Assembly (NCBI GenBank): GCA_034505495.1
Contig: JAPDQV010000010.1
Span: forward strand, 33,108-97,107
Source of the DNA: Candidatus Zhuqueibacterota bacterium
GTDB taxonomy: Bacteria > Zhuqueibacterota > Zhuqueibacteria > Residuimicrobiales > Krinioviventaceae
DNA: 64,000 nucleotides
Direction of reading: 5' to 3'
In this document: in pieces, positions 31,774 through 41,519 of the stretch
How the letters are laid out: each line of letters starts with the position of its first letter
Numbering within the stretch: the stretch's first letter is position 1
Position numbers and translations under genes: made by a program
The notes under the pieces: model-generated
Told to the model about the DNA's origin: nothing
Database searches by the model: none
What the model saw: only the letters and a program-made list of their open reading frames with translations

Positions 31774-33786
31774 TCATTTCCGAATCGGTTTAATGACTAC
31801 GACAGCGCCGCCGCTGCCCGCCAGATGCAGCTCCAGCTTGTCGCCGGAAAGCTTTATTTCCTGCTTCTGCAGCCGATCGGGATAATCGGCAGCTTCATCG
31901 GGGTCAGCCCAAATCGTCGCCTTGAATCTTCCTTTACCCAGAAATGCAAGCGGCAAAGAGACGATCCGCGGCTGCTCGTTGGTCATGGCGCCGACAAACC
32001 AAGTCTTGCCGGAACGACGGGCGATGACCACGAATTCTCCCGGATAACCGTCCAGGACCTTGGTCTCATCCCAAGTCGTCGGTACGATCTTGAGAAAATC
32101 GAGTCCGGCCGGCGACACGCGATAGTTGTAGGGCGAATCACACGCCACCTGCAGCGGGCTCTCGTAAACAACGAACATGGCGAGCTGCTGCGCGCGCGTG
32201 GTCATGACGAACGGCCCCGGATCGTCGCCGCCGACGGGGCGAAAGGTCTGCGGCGTCTTGTTGCGAAAGCCGCCGGGCGTATAATCCATCGGCCCGCACA
32301 GCATACGCGTAAACGGCAGCGTCACATTGTGGGTCGGCGTGATGCGTCGACTCCACTTGTTGTACTCGTTGCCGAGCACGCCCTCACGGGTCAGCAAGTT
32401 GGGGTAAGTGCGCTGAAAGCCGTCCGGCTTGTAAGCGCCGTGAAAATCGACGACGAGATGGTGCTTGGCGGCCAGCTTGACCAAACGACGATAGAAATTG
32501 ACCATTTCCTGATCGTCGCGGGCCATAAAGTCGACTTTGACGCCCGCCACACCCCATTTTTCGTAAAGCGGAAACGCCTTTTCCATTTCCCTGTCAGCGT
32601 TGAACCAGTCAAGCCAAACCAGAATTTTGACGCCTTTTTTCGCGCCGTAGCGAACCAGTTCGGGAATGTCGATTTCCGGCGTCGATTTGAGAATGCTGAC
32701 CGCCGGATTGCCGGCCGTTCCGAACGGCTTGCTCGGATCGAAAGGATTGCCGTACCAGAACCAATCGACCAGCTGGTATTCCCAACCCATTTCGGCGGCA
32801 AAATCGATGAAATACTTCATCGAGGGCGTATCCACGCCCAATTTGCCGGGATAGTCCGGCGCATAGCTGCCGCACCACCAACGATCCCAAGCGGAAATGC
32901 CGGGGCGAATCCAGGAGGTATCTTTAATTTCGCAAGGCGGGTTGAGATTCAAAATCAGGTTGGATTCGATCAGGTCGCCCGGCTTTTCGCCGATCAGAAG
33001 GACGCGCCACGGTGAAAGACGGGGAGCGCGGGAAATCACGGCGACCTCTTTTTCATCAAGCCGCGGCGACAACACCGAGACGACGGCATTGGCTGCGGTC
33101 GTGCTGCGCGTAAAATAGATGCCCGCCCAGTCGTCCAAATCGGCTTCGGTCAATGCCGCCCACGCATGCGGAAGCTGCACCAAAAGCGGACATCCGATCA
33201 GATCCCCGGGATGCAGATCGCCGAGCAGTTTTCGAGGATATTCACCTTCCTGATGAGTTTGAAAATGCTCGAAATGCACCGCCCAAACCGTCGGATTGCC
33301 GGGAAAATGGAACTCGGTGCGTTCGGCAGCCAGTTTGAAATCCGTAAAACCGCATTCGGCGGGAAATCCATAGCGCAGGCCGACACCGTCATCGTAAGCG
33401 CGCGCCGTCACGGTCATGATGCGATGCGGCGCCTGCGTTTCCTGCAAGGTAAGGGTCAATTCGTTATAGGCATTAACCACACGACTGCTTTTGCCCCATA
33501 ACGGCCGCCAAACCTCATTTACCGATTGCCGCGACTCGCCGACAACAGCCAGGTTCTCGCCCATCGCCGGCATGCCCTTGAAATCGAGCCGTAAAGGAGA
33601 ATCCAGCAAGACGGCTTTTCCGTCATAAGAGACGGAAAAACAGAAGCGGTCCGCAGACGGATCAGTTTCCAAATTCTTTTTCATTTCCAGGGTTACGGCA
33701 ACCTTGCCGTTCGGCGAGGTAACGACGGCAGCCGAAACGGAAAACGACAAGAAAAACATAAGGATGAATATCACCCAATAGCGCAT
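31774..33786 (-). CDS. Glycoside hydrolase family 97 (alpha-glucosidase/alpha-galactosidase, SusB-like)
   Basis: GH97-typical blocks (GVAGVKVDFMARDDQEM, VDFHGAYKPDGFQRTYPNLLTREGVLGNEY), N-terminal beta-sandwich plus TIM barrel, signal peptide MRYWVIFILMFFLSFSVSA. AAGGAGA RBS before the ATG at 33784-33786. Confidence 0.85.
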   Translation of the reverse strand: MRYWVIFILMFFLSFSVSAAVVTSPNGKVAVTLEMKKNLETDPSADRFCFSVSYDGKAVLLDSPLRLDFKGMPAMGENLAVVGESRQSVNEVWRPLWGKSSRVVNAYNELTLTLQETQAPHRIMTVTARAYDDGVGLRYGFPAECGFTDFKLAAERTEFHFPGNPTVWAVHFEHFQTHQEGEYPRKLLGDLHPGDLIGCPLLVQLPHAWAALTEADLDDWAGIYFTRSTTAANAVVSVLSPRLDEKEVAVISRAPRLSPWRVLLIGEKPGDLIESNLILNLNPPCEIKDTSWIRPGISAWDRWWCGSYAPDYPGKLGVDTPSMKYFIDFAAEMGWEYQLVDWFWYGNPFDPSKPFGTAGNPAVSILKSTPEIDIPELVRYGAKKGVKILVWLDWFNADREMEKAFPLYEKWGVAGVKVDFMARDDQEMVNFYRRLVKLAAKHHLVVDFHGAYKPDGFQRTYPNLLTREGVLGNEYNKWSRRITPTHNVTLPFTRMLCGPMDYTPGGFRNKTPQTFRPVGGDDPGPFVMTTRAQQLAMFVVYESPLQVACDSPYNYRVSPAGLDFLKIVPTTWDETKVLDGYPGEFVVIARRSGKTWFVGAMTNEQPRIVSLPLAFLGKGRFKATIWADPDEAADYPDRLQKQEIKLSGDKLELHLAGSGGAVVVIKPIRK

Positions 33787-34032
33787 AAAATGTTCTCCTT
33801 TCCTGCATTCATATTTCAAGCGCGGGATTTTTCAAAGATATTAAAATTTTATTGAATTCAAAACTCAAATCGTACATTGTTTAAAGTTGATATCGTTTCG
33901 CCTCTGCGTCAATCATTTTGCAATAAAAAATTACGAAGAGTTACTTGAGTTTATTGTTAAGAAAAACTAACATATTTTTGCAATGCATTTCCACAATATT
34001 GCCATCCGTCAACCATTTTAAGGAGAAGCGCA

Positions 34033-35540
34033 TGTCGGAAAAAGCTATGAATCGTCGAGAGTTCATCGGTACGACGGCGGCCGTCGCGGCGGCGGTCATT
34101 GTACCGCGTCATGTCCTGGGCGGCCCAGGGTTTGTTCCGCCGAGCGACAAGATCCAAGTCGGCCTTGTCGGCTGCGGCACCCAGGCGCTGCGCATGATTT
34201 GGGACTATTTGCGCAACGACAACATTCAATTGACCGCCGTCTGCGACTGCAACCGCAACAGCCAGGATTATCCCGAATGGGGACGATTCGATCTGCGCAA
34301 CACTATCCGCCGCGAGCTCGACGAACCCCGCTTCGGCGAAGGCGACATCGGCTGCCGCTGCGGCCGCGAAATCGGCAAGTACGTCGTCGACACCTATTAC
34401 CGCAAGAAACGCGGCCTGGCCGCCTGGCAGGGATGCTCTTCCTGGGAGGACTTTCGCGACATGCTGGCCGACGAAAAGCATCTGGATGCGGTGTGGATCA
34501 TGACGCCCGATCATACCCACGGCGTCATCGCCTATAAAGCCATGCAGGCCGGCAAGCACGTCATCCTGCACAAGCCTCTTTCGAATGTAATCGCCGAGAC
34601 GCGTCTGATGACGCAACTGGCGGAAGAAAAAGGCTTGGCAACGCAGATGTACTGCGCCGCCGACAACCAGATGCGGCCGCTGATCAAAGAGTGGATTCAG
34701 GCGGGCGCCATCGGGGCGGTCCGCGAGGTGCACAATTGGTCGCGTCGGCCGGTCTGGCCGCAGGGCATGGACGCGCCGAAAGAAAAAGTCAAGCCGCCCA
34801 AGGGCTTCAACTGGGATCTCTGGCTGGGTCCGGCCGAAGAACGCCCCTACCATCCCACCTACACCCACACTTACTTCCGCGGCTGGTACGATTTCGGCTC
34901 CGGCCCGTTGGGCGACATGGGACATTACAGCGGCTATCAGATTTGGGACATCCTCGATCTGCATTTGCCGCTCAGCGTGGAAGCTTCGGCCAGCGAGTTC
35001 TGCCGCATCAATGAGACCGGCCAGGCGGAAAAAGTGGTGAACAGGGTTTCCTTTCCGCAGGCTTCGATCGTACACTGGGAGTTTCCGGCCCGCGGCGATC
35101 AGCCGCCGGTTGACTTTTACTGGTACGACGGAGGCATTCGTCCGCATTTATGGAAGGAAATGGAGATCGACGGCCGTGAAATGCCCGACGAGGGGTTGCT
35201 GTTCGTCGGCGATAAAGGCAAGCTGCTGTGCGAATTTTCCGGCGAGTCGCCGCGACTCATTCCTAATAAGGCAATGAGTGAGTTCGTGCGGCCGCCGAAA
35301 ACCCTGCCGCGGCCGATCGATGAGCTGGAGCAGTTTGTCCGCGCCTGCCGCGGCGAAAAACCTTCCGATGCCCGCTTCCAGGTCGTGCAGCCGATCACCG
35401 AGACCCTGCTGCTCGGCACCATCGCCCTGCGCGTGCGCGGCAAGCTCTATTGGGATGCAGAGGCCATGCGCTTCACCAACAGCGACGAGGCGAACCAATA
35501 CGTCACCCGAAAAAACCGCAAGGGCTGGGAACTGGCTTAG
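34033..35540 (+). CDS. Tat-exported Gfo/Idh/MocA-family NAD(P)-dependent oxidoreductase
   Basis: Twin-arginine signal MSEKAMNRREFIGTTAAVAAAVIVP. Rossmann GxGxxG (VGLVGCGTQA) and the Gfo/Idh/MocA C-terminal domain. AAGGAGA RBS. The upstream portion of the track ORF is not coding. Confidence 0.85.
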
Positions 35541-35555
35541 CGGCTCGTGATATAT

Positions 35556-35762
35556 GTAGAGCGAGATTTATCTCGCGCCCGCAGCGCAATCTATCGTAGC
35601 GCGAGATTTATCTCGTGCCCGAAGCGCAATTGTACATAGCGCGAGATTTATCTCGTGCCCGCAGCACGTGCATGATCCCATGCCAGTAGCGCAATTGTAC
35701 GTAGCGCTATATTTATCTCGTGCCTGTAGCGCTAGATTTATCTCGTGCTTATTCAAAACCAC
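35556..35762. repeat. Array of 5-6 imperfect ~40-bp tandem repeats, each containing the palindrome GCGAGATTTATCTCGC
   Basis: Units begin TAGCGCGAGATTTATCTCGTGCC..CGCAGCGCAAT; copies at ~35556, 35596, 35638, 35703 and 35728, plus a partial copy. Located between the convergent 3' ends of the gfo-like gene and the GH44-like gene. Confidence 0.7.
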
Positions 35763-35966
35763 GCCACAAAATTCATCGAGCTGTTCTCCGGCACTACATA
35801 ATACTCATTTTAGTTTCCCAGTGCCGGTCGCAAAAAGCCGCGGGGCGGGATTAAAACCCCGCCCCGCAAAACAATTTGAAAAATCATGCGGCAAAACCGC
35901 GGCGCAATTAAATTCAGCGCTTTTTTTGACCTTCGACTTTGGACTTTCGACCTTGGACCTTTGTCT

Positions 35967-37835
35967 CTATTTTAACAATACCACCTTGACCGCCTTCTGC
36001 TCCTCGCCCGTCCGCAGCCGCAGCCAATAGACTCCTGCCGGCCATTCGGGCTGAATCGTCCATTCGCGGCGGCCTGCTTCGCAAAAGCCTTCATACAACA
36101 CGGCAACGCGCCGGCCGAGAACATCGAAAACTTCAAGCGTTACTTTTCCGGCTGCGGGAATCTCAACTGCCAGGCGAGTCTGGGGATTGAACGGATTCGG
36201 CGCTGCCGAAAGATTCAGCTCAAAAGCCGCCGAAGCGTGACTGACACGTGTCTCGTCGACGCGGCCGGTGAGCAGCATCGCCGTAACCGACAACGGCGGC
36301 AGTTCAAGCGCAAAAGCGGCGTTTTTTACCTCGGCGGAAAACGATTTGAGCGCATTTTTGCTGTGCGATTTAAAGGTTTCGTTTTTCGGCAAGGAATACA
36401 AGGCCAAGGCGGGATAGGTGCCGTCGGCAACGCTAAAGTGCCGCAGCCGTACCGTCGCGGATCGACTTTCCTGCAAGGAGCGATTGACCAGAACGACCGT
36501 CAGCGAATCGCCGGATTCATTGACCGAGCTGTAGGCAGAAACCAGCGGCTCGCCGTCGGAAATCGACTCGACGCGGATTTCCTGGGCATAGCGGCTGAAC
36601 AGGTGCACGACTTCGTACATGCCGACCTTCCAGTCCCACGGCGTAAAGATTTCCACGCCGTAATCGGCAAAAGTGCCCAATGTCGAGGCGTACCAGACGG
36701 CGATGACGTTGGGGTCGTCGCTGCGCACGCCCATTTCACTGACGCTCAGGCCGACGCCGTGGTCCTCGCCCATGTACTTGACCAGCCAGTCGCGGCAGCG
36801 CTGAAAGATGTACTCTTTGGTGATATTATTATCCCAAGCCGTCGGGCCGCTTCGCTTGACGCCGTTAGCGCCGGGATAGTTATACGTTTTATCGAACCAG
36901 ACGCGATGTAGCTGCAGAATGTCTGCAGGGTTGGTTTCACCCGGGTAAAAGTGCAGATCGAGCAGATCCAACAGCCGCATGCCGCTCGCAGTCTGTTCCT
37001 CAGCGACGCGCTTGATGAAATACTCCAGCCAAACGTAGCTTTTTCCGCCGGCTGTGATCTTTTCATTGTTCCAGTTGAACCACTGCCACTCGTTGGTCGA
37101 GACCGGCCCGAGCAGTTTGATCTCCGGAAAAGCGGCCCGCGCCGCCTTGGCGACGGCAAAATAGCGCTGCAGATATTCCTCCACGCCGAAATTCTTGGGA
37201 ATGACGTCGTCGTGCGTACCGTTCCACACCTCGGGCTCGTTGTCCATGTTCCAGTAGACGAACTGGTCCGGATTCAGTCCCAAATCCTCGAACCAATGGC
37301 GCAGAATGCCGACGGTCGAATCAGCAGGCCACTCCATAAGGTACTTTGTCGGGTCGCCGTTGCCGATATTCGGGCCGCCGCCTCCTGCCCAGTTGTTGTT
37401 CACGCCTTCCCACCATTGCGAGCGGTTGTATTCCCAATCATTAAAGTTGTAATCGCGACTTGCCGCCGCCCAGCCGATCAGCTGCAGCGCCCACAGCGCC
37501 TTAGCATAGGGCAGGTTCTGCTGCAGACTCTTGGCCGCATAATCCCAATCGTGCGGATAGACGTTGTTGTACCAATCGGGATGGCTGGTCAGTTTGCGGC
37601 GCCAATTGTATTTTGTCGAGTTGTTGCCGCCGTTGTCGCGAAAGATGCGGATGCCCGTATCGCGCAGAAACTGCCATTGCGCGGCACTCAAAGGTCTGGC
37701 GGGATCATCCGAAAGCGTGTTGTTTTTGCCGTAGATATAGGGCGAAATCGGCCGATGACCGGCTGCGGCATTCACCGTGATTTCGGCTGCTCCGGAGGCA
37801 GAGGCCAGAAAAATTAAAAGGGCTTCGATTCGCAT
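35967..37835 (-). CDS. Secreted glycoside hydrolase (GH44-like endoglucanase/xyloglucanase candidate) with T9SS C-terminal domain
   Basis: NMDNEPEVW motif and a W/N/Y-rich TIM-barrel-like region. Signal peptide MRIEALLIFLASASGAA (ATG at 37833-37835). Tail APNPFNPQTRLAVEIPAAGKVTLEVFDVLGRRVAVLYEG...VYWLRLRTGEEQKAVKVVLLK is Por_Secre_tail-like. Confidence 0.55.
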   Translation of the reverse strand: MRIEALLIFLASASGAAEITVNAAAGHRPISPYIYGKNNTLSDDPARPLSAAQWQFLRDTGIRIFRDNGGNNSTKYNWRRKLTSHPDWYNNVYPHDWDYAAKSLQQNLPYAKALWALQLIGWAAASRDYNFNDWEYNRSQWWEGVNNNWAGGGGPNIGNGDPTKYLMEWPADSTVGILRHWFEDLGLNPDQFVYWNMDNEPEVWNGTHDDVIPKNFGVEEYLQRYFAVAKAARAAFPEIKLLGPVSTNEWQWFNWNNEKITAGGKSYVWLEYFIKRVAEEQTASGMRLLDLLDLHFYPGETNPADILQLHRVWFDKTYNYPGANGVKRSGPTAWDNNITKEYIFQRCRDWLVKYMGEDHGVGLSVSEMGVRSDDPNVIAVWYASTLGTFADYGVEIFTPWDWKVGMYEVVHLFSRYAQEIRVESISDGEPLVSAYSSVNESGDSLTVVLVNRSLQESRSATVRLRHFSVADGTYPALALYSLPKNETFKSHSKNALKSFSAEVKNAAFALELPPLSVTAMLLTGRVDETRVSHASAAFELNLSAAPNPFNPQTRLAVEIPAAGKVTLEVFDVLGRRVAVLYEGFCEAGRREWTIQPEWPAGVYWLRLRTGEEQKAVKVVLLK

Positions 37836-38232
37836 GCGAGCTCCTATCGGATGGCTTAAAAAGTATGATAATGTTAGCAATTCTCATTGAAAAGGCAAAG
37901 TGTTTTTCAGGGAGAAAACAGATTGACAGCAGTCACCATGAGAGAAGATTTTTCAATGTAAAAATCAGGTTTAAATTGCAAATGTATCGTTTTAGCTATA
38001 GAAAACGGCATTCGATCCAAAGGAAAGTTGAAGTCTAATGCTCAATTTTTAAAAGAAAACGAGCCGATTGGCTGCGGGCTGCCCGCGAAAACCTTCGTAC
38101 AAGCCGTAAAGCGTTTCTGCTCGATTCCGCAGGAGGCGATTGCCGACTGTGCAAACGATGTCGTTCAATAGACTGCCCGTAGAACGGCTTTGCAGCAGGA
38201 CATCGAGTCAGGTAGTGATTTTGCGGTAAAAA

Positions 38233-38907
38233 TCAAGCGGCAAGCAGGCGGCCGCCGCTCAGGCGAAAACGACGCCGCATTCGCTCGGCCAATTCGAGCG
38301 AGTGGGTGACGACGATCAACGCAACTCCTTGATCGTGATTTAGTTCGAGAATCAGGTCCGCCAGCGAAGCGGCCGAAACGGCGTCGAGGGAGCCGGTGGG
38401 TTCATCGGCGAGCAAAACTCGGGGGCGATTGATCAGCGCGCGCACCACTGCCGCCCGCTGCAGCTCGCCGCCGGAAAGCTGGGCAGGGAAATGATTCTGC
38501 CGTTCAGCCAAACCGACGCGCTCCAAAAGCGTTCGGGCGCGGGATTCGACTTCCGAGTCCGCACCGAATGCCAGCACCGGAAGCAGCACGTTCTCAAGGA
38601 CCGTCAACTGCGGCAGCAGGTGGTGGAGCTGAAAGACAAAGCCGATCTCGCGGTTGCGGACGCGCGCCAGCTCGTCTTCGGAAAGAGCGGCTAAATTGCG
38701 GCCGTTTAATTCGATTCGGCCGGAGTCGGGACGATCGAGGCCGCCGATGAGGTTCAGCAGCGTGCTCTTGCCCGAGCCGGAAGGGCCGACGACGGCGACC
38801 GAGTCGCCGGCCTCCACCTCCCAGTCAAGATTCTGCAAAACTTGAATCGCCCCGCCGGCCGAGGGATAGGATTTACTGACGCCGACAAGCTGTAGAATTT
38901 TCTGCAT
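38233..38907 (-). CDS. ABC transporter ATP-binding protein (LolD/FtsE/MacB-like) with no adjacent permease
   Basis: Walker A GPSGSGKST, Q-loop, signature LSGGELQRAAVVRAL, Walker B LLADEPTGSLD. Start at the ATG at 38905-38907 (MQKILQLVGVSKSY). Confidence 0.8.
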   Translation of the reverse strand: MQKILQLVGVSKSYPSAGGAIQVLQNLDWEVEAGDSVAVVGPSGSGKSTLLNLIGGLDRPDSGRIELNGRNLAALSEDELARVRNREIGFVFQLHHLLPQLTVLENVLLPVLAFGADSEVESRARTLLERVGLAERQNHFPAQLSGGELQRAAVVRALINRPRVLLADEPTGSLDAVSAASLADLILELNHDQGVALIVVTHSLELAERMRRRFRLSGGRLLAA

Positions 38908-38954
38908 GGCTACGCTCTTTTCCGCCTTAAAAAGTTTATGCCTCAAAAGCGCCG

Positions 38955-40190
38955 TTACTCTTCTACGCGATAGAGAAAACTCCGGCTGCGCAGGATGAGC
39001 GAACGCCCTTTGACCGCCGGCGAAGCCCAAAAGCCGTCGCCGAGCTGATTGACGGCCAGCTTTTTAAACGTCCGTTCGGCGCTCACGACCGTGGTTTTGC
39101 CTTTTTTGTCGAAAAAGTAAACTCGACCCGCTGCCGCAATCGGCGAGGCGCCGAACTGTCCGCCTAATTGCTGCCGCCAGAGCACATTGCCGGTTTTGGC
39201 TTCCAGACAGCTTGCCGTACCCTTGTCGTCGGCCATGAAAATCATGTGGTTGAGAAAAATCGGCGAAGATTCAATCGGCACATGCTCTTCCGCTTTCCAC
39301 ACCACTTTGGCCGTCAGATCGCCGATGCCGTGCGGATCCACGGCCCACAGATCGGCCGACACCTCCTCCCAGCCGCAGTTAATAAAAACCAAACCGTCGC
39401 CAAAGATCGGCCGCGAAATCGTCGAGTCGCCGCCGTACACCACCCGCCAAATTTCCTTGCCGGTATAAGGATCGAACGCCTGGCACACTTTGGAGCCGTT
39501 GCTGATCAGCTGCGGTTTGCCGTTTACGGTAATGACGATGGGCGTAATATAGGCCTTGTAATAGAGCGGATTGCCCGTATAATATTCTTTCGGCCGATCG
39601 GTCTTCCACACTGTTTTGCCGGTCAGCTTGTCGACGGCGGCAATGACCTGCACATCGGAACCTTCCAAATGAAGGATGAGCAGGTTCTCGAACAAAAGAG
39701 GCGAAGAGGCAGGCCCTTGGATGTGATCGCAGGTCACTTCGTTCCACTTCCACAGAATTTTACCGCTTTTGGTGTCGATACAGGCAGTGCCGAAGGTGCC
39801 GAAATGCACATAGACGCGGCCTTCCTCAATGACCGGTGAAGGCGTGGCGTAGCTGTTGAGCGGATGCTTGCCCTGCGGTTTGTCACAGGTAAAAACTTGG
39901 ATTTGCCGTAAGATCCTGCCGCTGTTGAAATCGACGCAGAGGCCAAAGAACTGCTTGCCGTCTTCGGTTGCCGTGGTTAACCATATTTGATCGCCCCAAA
40001 TCACCGGCGTTGACCAGCCATGGTAAGGGATAGCGGTCTTCCATTTGACGTTCTGAGTTTCGCTCCAGGTCAGCGGCAGGGCCGCGTCCACGACGCCGTC
40101 GCAGGTCGGGCCGCGCCAATCCGGCCAGTTTTCGATCGCCCATCCAGACGCATACAATAAAATCAGCAGACCGTAGCCCCGTTTCATCAT
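38955..40190 (-). CDS. Secreted PQQ-like beta-propeller repeat protein (BamB-like fold), paralog 1
   Basis: Signal peptide MMKRGYGLLILLYASGWA, N-terminal NWPDWRGPTCDG motif, repeated (V/I)Y..(S/T).DG.L.A.D..TG...W blades. AAGGAGG RBS. Confidence 0.75.
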   Translation of the reverse strand: MMKRGYGLLILLYASGWAIENWPDWRGPTCDGVVDAALPLTWSETQNVKWKTAIPYHGWSTPVIWGDQIWLTTATEDGKQFFGLCVDFNSGRILRQIQVFTCDKPQGKHPLNSYATPSPVIEEGRVYVHFGTFGTACIDTKSGKILWKWNEVTCDHIQGPASSPLLFENLLILHLEGSDVQVIAAVDKLTGKTVWKTDRPKEYYTGNPLYYKAYITPIVITVNGKPQLISNGSKVCQAFDPYTGKEIWRVVYGGDSTISRPIFGDGLVFINCGWEEVSADLWAVDPHGIGDLTAKVVWKAEEHVPIESSPIFLNHMIFMADDKGTASCLEAKTGNVLWRQQLGGQFGASPIAAAGRVYFFDKKGKTTVVSAERTFKKLAVNQLGDGFWASPAVKGRSLILRSRSFLYRVEE

Positions 40191-40229
40191 CTACCTCCTT
40201 TTGAATGATACTCAGCCGGACCTCATCAC

Positions 40230-41519
40230 TTACGGCCGCAACCGTTGATAGACCTTTAGAATGCTCTCCGCCATTCTGTGCATCGAAAACTGTTCCATGG
40301 CCGCCTTTCGGCCCTGCTCGGCCATGGCGCGCAGCTGCGTCGGGTCATCCAGCAGCGACGCCCAGGCAGCGGCCAAATGCTCGCCGTCGTTCGGTTCGTA
40401 AATGAGTCCGCCGCCGGTCCTTTCAATGAATTCTGGATAACCGCCGACATTCGGCTGCACAATCGGCACGCCTGCCGCCAAGGCTTCGATCTGATAAGCG
40501 CCGAAGGCTTCGCCGTTGAGAACCGGAACGGAGAGCAGCGTCAAGGTTTTGAGAAAGCGGATGCGATTTTGCCGATCAAACCGTTCGACGATTTCGACAT
40601 CCTGCCGCCAACCCGCCTTCTCGGTGCGTTGCAGCATCTGTTTGACGAACGGCCGGTCATCACCGGTATAGCCGCCGGTAAGTTTGAGTCGTACCGATTT
40701 GAAGCGACTCTCCTGCTTGAGGCGCAAAAAGGCATCGACCACAACTCCGAGGCCGAAATATTCGTTCATGCGGCAGAGATAGCCGATGACCGGCGGATCG
40801 AGCGGCAGCGGCGAGGGCTCGTACTCCGACGCATCGATGCCGCCGTCGACGGCAAACGTCTTTTCCTTCGGCAGCTTTAAGAGCGGCTCGACCCGCTCGA
40901 GATAGTGTCGTCCGGTGGAAATAAAGGCATCGACGTCGACGGCGCGCTCGGCCATCAGCTGCCAGACTTTGTCGCGATATTCGGGCCGCATGGGGTCGAT
41001 CCACTCATGTTCGTCCTGCAGCGAGCAGACCACCGCGGCGCCCACGTCGCGTTTGAGCCTACGCGCCAGTCCCAGCAGCAGGGCATTGGACAAATGCACA
41101 ATGTCCGGCTGCACATGTTCTTTTAGGTACCGCACGAGGTGGTCGAGTTCCGACGCCTGTCTTCCCTCTTCGCCGCGCAGCATGGAAATCGTCATTTCTT
41201 CCAGACCGGCTGCGCGTGTGGCGCCGGCGCGTTTGGCGATCAGCTGCAGCAGCGCCGGCGAATCGAGCGCCCGTTCCACCCACAACGGTGCGCGGCGATA
41301 AATCGGCAGCTTTTCTTTCAGGTAGGTATTTACCGCGCCGAAAAAGACCGGCGTGTCGCCCATTAGGCCGTGGACGTCGACGTTGAGCGGCAAATACATC
41401 GGCACCATAATGACCTGCAGACCGAGCGAACGCAGCGCCGTAATCAGCTGATTGTCGCGCAGACAGTTCTGACAATAAAAAGTGCCTCCCGAGCCGGGGA
41501 CGATGTGGACGATTTTCAT
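40230..41519 (-). CDS. Glycosyltransferase family 4 (GT-B fold)
   Basis: GT4 C-terminal domain with the E-x7-E-like region (NGEAFGAYQIEALAAGVPIV), ~429 aa. Confidence 0.8.
   Translation of the reverse strand: MKIVHIVPGSGGTFYCQNCLRDNQLITALRSLGLQVIMVPMYLPLNVDVHGLMGDTPVFFGAVNTYLKEKLPIYRRAPLWVERALDSPALLQLIAKRAGATRAAGLEEMTISMLRGEEGRQASELDHLVRYLKEHVQPDIVHLSNALLLGLARRLKRDVGAAVVCSLQDEHEWIDPMRPEYRDKVWQLMAERAVDVDAFISTGRHYLERVEPLLKLPKEKTFAVDGGIDASEYEPSPLPLDPPVIGYLCRMNEYFGLGVVVDAFLRLKQESRFKSVRLKLTGGYTGDDRPFVKQMLQRTEKAGWRQDVEIVERFDRQNRIRFLKTLTLLSVPVLNGEAFGAYQIEALAAGVPIVQPNVGGYPEFIERTGGGLIYEPNDGEHLAAAWASLLDDPTQLRAMAEQGRKAAMEQFSMHRMAESILKVYQRLRP

Noticed and set aside
35556-35762. Possible CRISPR array
   Set aside because: The repeat unit is ~23 nt with ~17-nt intervening segments that are themselves repeated and similar to each other rather than unique spacers. 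Total length is ~200 bp and no cas genes are in the window. This is more consistent with a REP/BIME-like palindromic tandem repeat.
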